DNA of 64,000 nucleotides from Candidatus Nomurabacteria bacterium. GTDB lineage: Bacteria; Patescibacteriota; Minisyncoccia; Phycocordibacterales; UBA10002. The stretch lies in the NCBI GenBank assembly GCA_943354745.1, contig CALRDB010000002.1, positions 3,679 to 67,678 on the forward strand, read 5' to 3'. A program made the translations under genes and the position numbers. Of the stretch, positions 28,240-37,079 are shown in pieces; the stretch's first letter is position 1, and each line of letters opens with the position of its first letter. The notes under the pieces are model-generated. The model had not been told where the DNA came from, ran no database searches, and worked only from the letters and a program-made list of their open reading frames with translations.

Positions 28240-28815
28240 TTATTTTGCCGTAAACGCTCCCGCTACTCCTTCTACAACGATATCTTCACGGTAGTTAAAA
28301 GCCGGTGTGCCAATATCTTTATACAAGACTACTTTGTATGTCCCAGCAGTAACTGTAGGTCGGAGGAGTTCAATGGTTACCTTCTGACCATTACCGACGA
28401 ATACCTTTTGTGCCCCGAGGATATTACCAAGCTTGCCATCTTTCTCTTCACGAACGGCAGCCCACAAAATATCTGCAGCATCCAAATTTGCGATTTCCAC
28501 ACGATCACCCGCAACCTGATCCACTACATGAAGATTGGTTACCGAAACGGTGCTCGTAGCAGTAGTACCAGCAGAAGAAACATCTGAGACCCCCTTAACT
28601 TTATTTGCTACTTCCTTAACCTTAGGTGTCTCGGCTTTCTTATCACCGGTAGCCTCCTTCACGGTAGCGGCCAAAGTGTCGTTAGTAGGAAGAGCGTTTC
28701 CACCTCGGCGATCTTGCCAAAATACCCCCGCGGCAAAACCAACAAGAAGTCCGATAATTAAAGCGGTGATAACCTTCGCGGAAGCACTGTTTGTCGCCGG
28801 CTCGATAGTTTCCAT
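28240..28815 (-). CDS. Membrane-anchored hypothetical protein
   Basis: N-terminal TM segment, low-complexity linker and beta-rich C-domain. Confidence 0.7.
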   Translation of the reverse strand: METIEPATNSASAKVITALIIGLLVGFAAGVFWQDRRGGNALPTNDTLAATVKEATGDKKAETPKVKEVANKVKGVSDVSSAGTTATSTVSVTNLHVVDQVAGDRVEIANLDAADILWAAVREEKDGKLGNILGAQKVFVGNGQKVTIELLRPTVTAGTYKVVLYKDIGTPAFNYREDIVVEGVAGAFTAK

Positions 28816-28921
28816 AGAGAAAATCAGTTATGAATAAATATTAAGAATTATGGCTGTATTGTATTCAGATTGTCTCTATTGGAAATCTTGATTTAATTGA
28901 TATATATGTTATAAGTAACTT

Positions 28922-29668
28922 ATGGTTTTGCGCACTCGTTTTAAAAAAGACATTGTCTGTGAGTTTATTCCTCCCCCTCGCCCCTCACAAAAGGTGATTA
29001 TTTTCTGTAAGGGAATGCCTGGGTTACCCAGATGCCCAGAAGTGTTGGACTTCTGGTCCAAAAAAGGATACTGGGTATTTTTCCCCCGTTATCGTGGCAC
29101 CTGGGAAAGCGACGGCGAGTTTTTGAGGGAATCTCCCGAAAAGGACATTCTTGATGTCATCGACGAACTTCCAAAAGGATTTACCGATCTCTGGTCCGGT
29201 AAACGCTACACACTACCGACTACAAACTCCAAACTGTATATCTTCGGCGGTAGTTTCGGCGGGCCGGCTGCGATTCTTTGTTCGCGCGATCCACGTGTGA
29301 CGAAAGCGGTAGCTTTTGCCCCTGTCATTGACTGGGAAGCGCCGTCAGAGGAAGAGCCCATGGATAAACTCGGCGCATTTATTCCGAAAGGTTTTGGAAA
29401 TGGATATCGATTCTCGAAAAAGAATTGGGACCGACTCAGCCACAACAAGTTTTACAGTCCACTCAAAGAGTCCGATACAATAGACGGCAAAAAACTTCTC
29501 ATCTTCCACGCAAAGGATGACGAATCGTGCCACTATCCCGCGACCAAAACATTCGCCGAGAAAACCGGCGCACAGCTCATCACCCTCCGTACCGGTCGTC
29601 ATTTCGGTTTCTCAAAATCCATTGAGCCGAGGTTCTATAAGGAAATCAAAAAATTCCTTAACCACTGA
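28922..29668 (+). CDS. Alpha/beta hydrolase (S9-like)
   Basis: YRGTWESDG, GGSFGG nucleophile elbow, HAKDD and a C-terminal His. Confidence 0.88.
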   Translation: MVLRTRFKKDIVCEFIPPPRPSQKVIIFCKGMPGLPRCPEVLDFWSKKGYWVFFPRYRGTWESDGEFLRESPEKDILDVIDELPKGFTDLWSGKRYTLPTTNSKLYIFGGSFGGPAAILCSRDPRVTKAVAFAPVIDWEAPSEEEPMDKLGAFIPKGFGNGYRFSKKNWDRLSHNKFYSPLKESDTIDGKKLLIFHAKDDESCHYPATKTFAEKTGAQLITLRTGRHFGFSKSIEPRFYKEIKKFLNH

Positions 29669-29672
29669 ATTT

Positions 29673-29702
29673 AGCTTTTATTTACGGCCGTAAATAAAAG
29701 CT
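29673..29702. repeat. Perfect 30 bp palindrome between convergent genes
   Basis: agcttttatttacggccgtaaataaaagct. Confidence 0.85.
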
Positions 29703-29829
29703 GAGTTAGTAAAATGAAGCCACCAGACCCTCATATGAGTCTGAAGGTTGAGCCTTGCTTGTTTTTACAGAGACATTGTTTCAAGAGCGAGTATTTCGTC
29801 CGCCAGTTTTTTAAACTCCATCTTTGCAA

Positions 29830-30126
29830 CTAGTTCGCGTCCTGTTGTGATTTTGTAATACTGTTCCTCGAAAATTGCCTAAGCTCCACTGCCTGTGCTC
29901 GAAGTTCAACTGCCTTAGCATCATCAATATCATCCAAAATCTTCGCGGCTTCGCGAAGGGAGTCAACAACTTTGTCGACCACTATACCGTGCGATTCATT
30001 TTGGACCGGCCGACCATCGTCAAAGATACGACTCAAAACATGCCTGATGTTTTCCTTACCATTTTCAAGTACTTCGTGTGCCTTTTGATACGGAGGTTTT
30101 GGCGTCTCCCATTTTGTTTCGTTCAT
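29830..30126 (-). CDS. Hypothetical protein
   Basis: 98 aa helical ORF downstream of truB. Confidence 0.55.
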   Translation of the reverse strand: MNETKWETPKPPYQKAHEVLENGKENIRHVLSRIFDDGRPVQNESHGIVVDKVVDSLREAAKILDDIDDAKAVELRAQAVELRQFSRNSITKSQQDAN

Positions 30127-30172
30127 AAAAGTAGAAATAATCTTCTAGTAATCTGTAAATAAAACTATAGCG

Positions 30173-31033
30173 TTATTTGAGTCCCTCCGCATCTTCAACC
30201 TTATACTCCCCTATCCGTGTACGACGAAGTCCTGCGAGCGTGGCGGGAACGCCGAGTCGCCGACCGAATTCTTCGGCGAGAGAGCGGATGTAGGTGCCGC
30301 TTGTAACGTCGAAGCGGGCAGAAATAATGGGGAGGCTTATTCCTCCTTTGTTAAAGGAGGTGCCTCCGTCTTCGGAGGCGGAGGATTTTAACCACCCCTC
30401 AATCCCCTCCTTCAGAACTTCTCCGCCTCGCAGACTCGGCACCTCCTCTGGGAGAAGAGGAGGTGGGAGGGGAGGAAATCCCTCACCTTTCGGGTCCCCT
30501 CCCTTTTTCAAAGGGAGAATCTTAAGTCCAAGAAACTCCACAGAAGTTATCTCCATCGTCTTTATCGGTGTATCTACGACTTCCCCACGCCTCGCTTTTT
30601 TGTAGAGCGCTTCTCCACCCCGTTTGATAGCGGAATACGCCGGAACCGGAAGCTCAAGCTTTCCTATCATTGTCTGCAGTATCTTTTCCATTTCTTCGTT
30701 TGAGATTTTAGAAATTGAATCATTATTTGAAAATTGAGAATTGGAAATTGGTAATTCTTCAAGAATCTTCCCCGTTATATCTCCCGTATCCGTTTTTACT
30801 CCGAGTAGTATTTCCGCTTCGTATGCTTTATCCAGCTTCAAAAACTCGTGCAGTTTTTTGGTTCCGTCGCCAACTCCGATAATCATGAGTCCTGTCGCCA
30901 TCGGGTCCAGCGTTCCCGCGTGCCCCATTTTGCGTATATTCAGCTTCTTCCGCAGTATACGGATACAGTCAAAGGAAGTAATGCCTTTAGGTTTATCAAC
31001 AAGTAGTATATTTTGAGGTAGAATAGTAACCAT
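30173..31033 (-). CDS. truB: tRNA pseudouridine(55) synthase with in-frame repeat-derived insertions
   Basis: DKPKGITS, GHAGTLDPMATG, YSAIK..G..LY..AR, SGTYIRSL and LRRTRIG. Confidence 0.95.
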   Translation of the reverse strand: MVTILPQNILLVDKPKGITSFDCIRILRKKLNIRKMGHAGTLDPMATGLMIIGVGDGTKKLHEFLKLDKAYEAEILLGVKTDTGDITGKILEELPISNSQFSNNDSISKISNEEMEKILQTMIGKLELPVPAYSAIKRGGEALYKKARRGEVVDTPIKTMEITSVEFLGLKILPLKKGGDPKGEGFPPLPPPLLPEEVPSLRGGEVLKEGIEGWLKSSASEDGGTSFNKGGISLPIISARFDVTSGTYIRSLAEEFGRRLGVPATLAGLRRTRIGEYKVEDAEGLK

Positions 31034-31144
31034 ATCAGCTATTTAAATATCGAATACTAAATCTCGAATATCGAAAAATACTCAATATTTTAATAGTGAA
31101 TATTTAAGATTTTTTAGAAATTAGATATTAGATATTTCATTACT

Positions 31145-31399
31145 ATGTCTCACATTAGTCGCGACGAGTTTCGGAAAGCGCTTTATAAACTGCGAACAAG
31201 CGGTTCGTTCTCCAATCAGGAAATAGACGAGGTTGAAAACGTCTTTTATGGCAGTCTACATGAGAGTGGATTTTCCGCAGGCATCAGCCCCGAGGAGCTC
31301 CAAAAAGGAATTCACTATCTGAAACACCACCCGGAAAATCACCATCTTTCTCCCGATGAAATTAAGAAACTAGAGGAAGTGCTGACACACTATCTGTAA
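31145..31399 (+). CDS. Small hypothetical protein
   Basis: 84 aa ORF with ISRDEF/ISPEEL repeats. Confidence 0.65.
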   Translation: MSHISRDEFRKALYKLRTSGSFSNQEIDEVENVFYGSLHESGFSAGISPEELQKGIHYLKHHPENHHLSPDEIKKLEEVLTHYL

Positions 31400-31438
31400 A
31401 ACACTGAAAAGGCACGGACGGAAAACATTGAACTGAAC

Positions 31439-31846
31439 CTAAATATCACGAGTTCCGACTCGTTCCGTGTTGGTTTCGCTCTGCTTCTGTTCCGTGCCTT
31501 TCCTAAGTGTCCGTACTGCTCGGACCGCCTTTTTGAGATGACGGACAGCGAAAAAGCCTACCACACCGAGGACCAGAAGTAAGAATTTAGTTTTTAATTT
31601 TGTACCGGTGATAGCGGCAACAGAAAACTGAAGCATATTCGAGCCCGTAGAGGCTGCACCGAAATTAGAAAGCACATCACGCACTGACACAAAGACCGTA
31701 ACAAAAAATACGGTAATCACAAAGATGACACAATCAAACGCCAACGGAGCAAGATTCCTCAGCATGTACAAAAGATACACACGGCGCATAATGCGCTGTC
31801 TCAGTGTACGTCGTGTTTCTGTTTGGGTAATAAAATCGTCTTGCAT
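31439..31846 (-). CDS. Membrane protein downstream of the ECF sigma (possible anti-sigma)
   Basis: Two TM segments; 4 bp gap to the sigma gene. Confidence 0.65.
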   Translation of the reverse strand: MQDDFITQTETRRTLRQRIMRRVYLLYMLRNLAPLAFDCVIFVITVFFVTVFVSVRDVLSNFGAASTGSNMLQFSVAAITGTKLKTKFLLLVLGVVGFFAVRHLKKAVRAVRTLRKGTEQKQSETNTERVGTRDI

Positions 31847-31850
31847 GTAC

Positions 31851-32462
31851 TTAATGACTTAACGGGCTCCGCGCTTTCCGTTTCTCGATTAATTCTTTCA
31901 GTTCTTGCTTTGCCCGATGCACTCTCGCACGTACGGCTCCTTCTGAAATACCGAGAATCCGCGCAACATCAGCATGAGGCTTCCCTTCTATAAAGTGTAA
32001 GCGCATTGGTTCGGCAAGGCCTTCTGAAAGTTCCTTAAGAAGTGATTCAACTTCATCACGGTTAAGCTCCTGCTCGCGACGCTCACCAGCTCCACGATCG
32101 GCTACAAGCTCCTGAAACTCAGGATCGAGATCTGCGAGAAAATTCCCATCTCCCTTAGCTTTCTTATACGCGGTAAAGCAGGTGTTAACAAGAATGCGGT
32201 AACCCCATGACTTGAAACCAGCCCCGGGCTGAGGTTCAAATCTTCGCGCGTTTTTGTAAATTTTTACGAAGGCATCTTGAACAGCATCTTGTGCCGCTTC
32301 TTTGGTGCCTAGGATGTAATACGCCTTACGCAAAAAAGCTTCCTCGTACCGTTCGAGTAGTTTTTCAAACAGATATGGTTTATCGAATGAACGCTTAAGT
32401 AGCTCTTCATCGGACAAACCAGTTATGATGTCCTTCTTTGCGTTAGGTTCTTCCAAAAGCAT
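31851..32462 (-). CDS. ECF RNA polymerase sigma factor
   Basis: AQDAVQDAFVKIY, FKSWGYRI..N and VARILGISEGAVRARVHRAK. Confidence 0.93.
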   Translation of the reverse strand: MLLEEPNAKKDIITGLSDEELLKRSFDKPYLFEKLLERYEEAFLRKAYYILGTKEAAQDAVQDAFVKIYKNARRFEPQPGAGFKSWGYRILVNTCFTAYKKAKGDGNFLADLDPEFQELVADRGAGERREQELNRDEVESLLKELSEGLAEPMRLHFIEGKPHADVARILGISEGAVRARVHRAKQELKELIEKRKARSPLSH

Positions 32463-32753
32463 ACAGGGGTTTGATTACCTTATCGCAAATAGTACTCACC
32501 TTTCCTCTCCTCTGCAACTGAGTGAAGGACTCTGATGTTACACTCGCGTCGTTGAATATAGATATTGAAATATATTTTGAAGAAACGAAACTGTCCGTAG
32601 TTTACGAAAACCGCTCTCTTAACGTACACCTAAAAGAATAGATGTCCACACCTTACTCTTTCTCTCGTACGTAGAGCGTGCGATAATTAGCAGAACTACC
32701 TGCGCTCTTTGCAGGAAAAGGTCGAAGATCATTTCATCTAAATATTTACATAC

Positions 32754-32930
32754 ATGCGAAACAATTCCTCCTCGAACGGATTTCGACATCTCACCCCCAT
32801 CCTCATTGTCCTGCTCGCACTCCTCTTTCTGCTTGAAGCTATGAATTTACTCACACACGCGGTCGTCGCGGTCGTGTGGCCGATACTGTTCGGACTCATT
32901 GGTCTCGTCAAGCTCGAAGAAGCTAAGTAA
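32754..32930 (+). CDS. 58 aa two-TM membrane protein (LiaI/DUF5668-like), absent from the ORF track
   Basis: MRNNSSSNGFRHLTPILIVLLALLFLLEAMNLLTHAVVAVVWPILFGLIGLVKLEEAK*, followed by a terminator at 32949-32980. Confidence 0.7.
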   Translation: MRNNSSSNGFRHLTPILIVLLALLFLLEAMNLLTHAVVAVVWPILFGLIGLVKLEEAK

Positions 32931-33089
32931 CGCTAAACGAACGCAAAGAAAAACCCCGCCATGGCGGGGTTTTTCTTTTTCGATACCTTCTACAAAAATC
33001 ATTTGTCCACAAAGACAGTAGCTTTGTTCTGTCAGTTGATAGACGTAAGGAGATTCGTATATTCGTACCCCATTCGTAATTCGTAGTGA

Positions 33090-33428
33090 CTAGAAACTTC
33101 GGCGATCTCCACCTCTCTCACTGCCTCCACTGCCTCGATCGTTGCCACCACCACGACTGTCGAATCGTCGGGGAGGGCGGTCTGCCATCGGGCGAGCCTC
33201 GTTAACACGAAGCTTCCTTCCGTCCAAGTCTTTGTCGTTCCACATCTCGATGGCCTTGGCCGAGTCGGCCTCTTCCATCTCAACGAAGCCGAAGCCGCGT
33301 GAGCGACCACTCATCCTATCGGTGAGTACGGTTGCAGAAACAACCGCTCCAGACTGGGCAAAAGCGTCACGCAAGCTGTCGTTCGTTGTGTTGTACGACA
33401 AGTTGCCGACGTAAAGTTTTGTTGCCAT
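33090..33428 (-). CDS. RRM RNA-binding protein
   Basis: KLYVGNLSY (RNP2), RSRGFGFVEM (RNP1) and a Gly/Arg tail. Confidence 0.95.
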   Translation of the reverse strand: MATKLYVGNLSYNTTNDSLRDAFAQSGAVVSATVLTDRMSGRSRGFGFVEMEEADSAKAIEMWNDKDLDGRKLRVNEARPMADRPPRRFDSRGGGNDRGSGGSERGGDRRSF

Positions 33429-33634
33429 GTATTGAGAAAAACTATCCTTATAACTGTCTCCGACCTCGATCACCGCATCCGCACCGAGCGGATGAAAGAC
33501 CCTTCCTCAATACGGCTGCTTACGCTTCCTATACTTGAGAAAAAAGACAAATTCAAGATAGCACGATTAAAAAGAGGACGCAACGTGTATACCCTCACAC
33601 TAACTTCTTGAAGAAGTTCGTGTAGGGGTATAGT

Positions 33635-34015
33635 ATGAAAGCTGAAAAGTTGAACCTCAGAAACAGAAAGATTCTTATGAAAAATCCCTCGGCGTCTCAG
33701 ACGGAAAACTGGCTGGGTGCAATCTTCTTCCCCGTTCTTTTCGGTATTTTCACCTTTGGCGCTACGTTCATTCCATTCATCGGCGCCGTTGTTGTGATGA
33801 TACTGGTCTTTGGAGCAGGTTTTTTTATCACATGGTGCGACGCACCTACCGCGTGCCGGATACTTATCGGGGTAGGTTCCGCGACCGGATTTTTCTTGCC
33901 ATTACTGTTCAGACACGCTTCATTTGAGGCATGTATGTGGAACCTTATCCTTTTCGGGACAGTGGTCATTCTTGGTCTTATCCTCGGACAGAGAACTTCC
34001 TCAAGGCGGACATAA
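33635..34015 (+). CDS. Hypothetical membrane protein
   Basis: About four hydrophobic segments. Confidence 0.6.
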   Translation: MKAEKLNLRNRKILMKNPSASQTENWLGAIFFPVLFGIFTFGATFIPFIGAVVVMILVFGAGFFITWCDAPTACRILIGVGSATGFFLPLLFRHASFEACMWNLILFGTVVILGLILGQRTSSRRT

Positions 34016-34119
34016 TCACACCCTGTGTGTTTTCCAAAGTTTTACGACTCTCGTTTCGGGAGTCGTTCTTTTTTTACAACGTGTCTTGTGGAAACATCTA
34101 GACTTGTTAGAATACCCGT

Positions 34120-35430
34120 ATGTCAGAAGTAAAGAAAAGACTCTCAACCGAACCGTATAAAGGCGTGCGGGATTTCTATCCCGACGACTTTGCGGTGGAG
34201 AAATATATTTTCAGTGTCTGGAGTGATACCTGTCGGAAATTCGGCTATGAAGAATACACCGCTTCTATCCTTGAACCGGCGGAGCTCTACCGCGGGAAGA
34301 CCAGCGACGAAATTGTAAACGACCAGACCTATACCTTTACCGACCGAGGAGAACGTGAAGTTACCCTCCGCCCCGAGATGACCCCCACCGTAGCCAGACT
34401 CATTGCGGCGAAACGCAAGACGCTCTACTTCCCTGTCCGCTGGTTTTCTCTTCCGAATCTGTTCCGTTATGAGCGTCCTCAGCGTGGGCGCCTGCGTGAG
34501 CACTATCAGTTGAACGCCGATATTTTCGGCGTCGCCGGCATAGACGCAGAGACGGAAATAGTTTCGCTCGCCTATGAAATAATGCGTTCATTCGGCGTCG
34601 CTGACGGGAACTTTGAAATCCGTATTAACAGCCGGAAGGTGATGAACTACATCATAGAGCACCTCCTTGGTCAGACGGGTGAGGAAGGCAAAAAAACGGC
34701 ACAGCTCATTGACCGACGCGCGAAGATGGAGAAAGAAGTGTTTGAAAAGGCGCTCAGTGAACATCTGAAGGAAAAAGATACACTTCTTCTGACGCTTCTC
34801 AATTCCAAAAACTTTGAAGAATTCGTATCGCATCTCCCGAAAGTGCCTTCGCTTGAAGAAGCGCTTAAGGAAATTGACTCACTCAAAGCGTCACTTGAAG
34901 CACTGGGTATCATGAATGTTGTTTTTGACCAGACGCTGATGCGCGGATTTGATTACTACAGTGGTATCGTGTTTGAAGTATTTGATAAGAATCCGGCAAA
35001 TCCCCGCTCGCTGTTCGGAGGTGGCCGCTACGATAACCTGCTGGACCTGTTCGGCGTGGAGAAAGTACCGACCGTCGGATTCGGTATGGGTGATGTGACA
35101 ATCCACGACGTTTTGGAAACCTACGACCTGCTTCCGAAAAAGTTCCCTCCACCCGCAGACATCTATCTCTCCGCGTTTGACGCGAATTTCAAGGGTTACG
35201 TAAACGATATCGCGCAGAATCTCCGCCGAGCGGGAGTCCGTGTTGTCGTAGACTACGGAGCCGGCAAGGCGGGCACGAAAGTTGCAAATGCCGACCGCGC
35301 CAGAGTTCCCTTCTTCGCTCTTATCGGTGAAGCAGAAAAAGCTTCGGGACACATCAAGGTGAAAAATTTGGAGACCGGCAAAGAAGCTTTGCTTACGGAG
35401 GACAAAATTGCCGAATATATAAAAAGTTGA
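34120..35430 (+). CDS. hisS: Histidine--tRNA ligase
   Basis: KGVRDF, LRPEMT, RYERPQRGR.RE, RGFDYY.G and GGRYD. Confidence 0.97.
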   Translation: MSEVKKRLSTEPYKGVRDFYPDDFAVEKYIFSVWSDTCRKFGYEEYTASILEPAELYRGKTSDEIVNDQTYTFTDRGEREVTLRPEMTPTVARLIAAKRKTLYFPVRWFSLPNLFRYERPQRGRLREHYQLNADIFGVAGIDAETEIVSLAYEIMRSFGVADGNFEIRINSRKVMNYIIEHLLGQTGEEGKKTAQLIDRRAKMEKEVFEKALSEHLKEKDTLLLTLLNSKNFEEFVSHLPKVPSLEEALKEIDSLKASLEALGIMNVVFDQTLMRGFDYYSGIVFEVFDKNPANPRSLFGGGRYDNLLDLFGVEKVPTVGFGMGDVTIHDVLETYDLLPKKFPPPADIYLSAFDANFKGYVNDIAQNLRRAGVRVVVDYGAGKAGTKVANADRARVPFFALIGEAEKASGHIKVKNLETGKEALLTEDKIAEYIKS

Positions 35431-35540
35431 TACGAATGCAACGAATTATCATGCGAATGCTACTAATCCACGAATCCCGACTCTCTTCATTCGCATATTC
35501 GAAGCATTCGTGCATTAATTTGTAGCATTCGTATCATGCT

Positions 35541-36116
35541 ATGAGAAAAGTCACCTTCGACATCGAAACCACCAATTTCTTCACCGACACCGGTTCCAAC
35601 GACCCGGCGTCTTTGACTATCGCGTGTGTATGCACGCACGATTCGGAAACGGACAAATATACAAGCTACTTTGAAGAGGATCTCCCTAAACTCTGGCCCA
35701 TTCTGGAAAAGGCCGATGTCCTCATTGGCTATAATTCAGACCACTTTGATATCCCGCTTTTGAATAAATACTACCCCGGAGACCTCACCAAAATTAAAAG
35801 TCTTGACCTAATGAAAGAGATCCAGAAAGTACTTGGCCGGCGTATCAAATTAGATTCCATCGCATCCGCGACCATTGGAGACCATAAAATTGCGCACGGT
35901 TCGATGGCTAACATTTGGTGGCGCCAAGGAGAAAAACAGAAGGTTGTGGAATACTGCCTCGATGATGTGAGGATTACCAAAGCGATTCACGATTACGCAC
36001 TCAAACATGGAAAAGTAAAATACCCAGATGGAAAAGTGATTAAGGAATTAGTTCTCGAAACGTCAAATTGGGAAATCAAGAATGAAACTGTTTTAACGCA
36101 TACGTTACCGTTCTAG
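35541..36116 (+). CDS. RNase H-like (YprB/RNase_H_2) exonuclease domain protein
   Basis: FDIET, GYN..HFD.P and YCLDDV. Confidence 0.85.
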   Translation: MRKVTFDIETTNFFTDTGSNDPASLTIACVCTHDSETDKYTSYFEEDLPKLWPILEKADVLIGYNSDHFDIPLLNKYYPGDLTKIKSLDLMKEIQKVLGRRIKLDSIASATIGDHKIAHGSMANIWWRQGEKQKVVEYCLDDVRITKAIHDYALKHGKVKYPDGKVIKELVLETSNWEIKNETVLTHTLPF

Positions 36117-36163
36117 CGTACTCTCTACACTTCTATTTACTAATAATTTGTTATACTTCGTCC

Positions 36164-36979
36164 ATGGAAACATCAAAAAACAATCCACTCACGCTCCCGA
36201 TGGCAATTGTCATCGCAGGTCTTCTTATCGCCGGTGCGATTTTTGTTCGCGGAAATGAGACTTCCCCTTCAAAAGCCGTTGAAAAAGGCCGAGTAGCAGT
36301 ACAATCTCCGCCAGTACTTGGAGCTCTTACCCTTAACCCTGTCGACGAGACGAGAGATCATATCAGAGGAAACCCTGGTGCTGATATCGTATTCGTAGAG
36401 TTCTCAGATACGGAATGTCCATTCTGTAAGCGTTTCCACGCGACGATGCAACAAGTGATTAACGAGTACGGCAAATCAGGCAAAGTTGCCTGGGTCTATC
36501 GACAATTCCCTATCGTCCAGCTTCACTCGAGAGCTCCAAAAGAATCGGAGGCTATGGAGTGCGCCGCGGAAGTTGGTGGAAATGCTAAATTCTGGGAATA
36601 TGCGGACAGACTCTTCGCAGTTACGAATTCAAACAATAGTTTGGATCCTGGGGTACTTCCGCAGATCGCAACCGAAGTGGGGCTAAACAAAACTTCGTTT
36701 ACAGACTGTCTCTCAAGCGGAAGAACGCAGGCAAGAATCAAAGTTGACCAGGAAGATGGCAGGAGAGCCGGTATTAATGGAACACCGCACAGTATTCTGG
36801 TTCTCAAGAACCCAATATCAGAAAAGGGCAGAAAGGCGATTCTGGACCTTATGGAACAATACCGAGATCCAGAGGGAAACCTTCCGGTTGAATTCTCGCT
36901 TGATGGGCTCCGCGTTAGCCTCAATGGAGCGCTTCCATTCCCCATCATCAAGACCACCATTGAAGCAATTCTCAAATAG
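36164..36979 (+). CDS. DsbA family thiol-disulfide oxidoreductase
   Basis: TM anchor; EFSDTECPFCKRFH; GTP. Confidence 0.92.
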   Translation: METSKNNPLTLPMAIVIAGLLIAGAIFVRGNETSPSKAVEKGRVAVQSPPVLGALTLNPVDETRDHIRGNPGADIVFVEFSDTECPFCKRFHATMQQVINEYGKSGKVAWVYRQFPIVQLHSRAPKESEAMECAAEVGGNAKFWEYADRLFAVTNSNNSLDPGVLPQIATEVGLNKTSFTDCLSSGRTQARIKVDQEDGRRAGINGTPHSILVLKNPISEKGRKAILDLMEQYRDPEGNLPVEFSLDGLRVSLNGALPFPIIKTTIEAILK

Positions 36980-37079
36980 ATTTAGGAAATAAGATTTACG
37001 ACATATGAAAAAGCCCGTTCTCGTGTGAGTGCGGGCTTTTTAGCATGAAAAATCGCCGATGTTTTCTTCTTACTACTCC

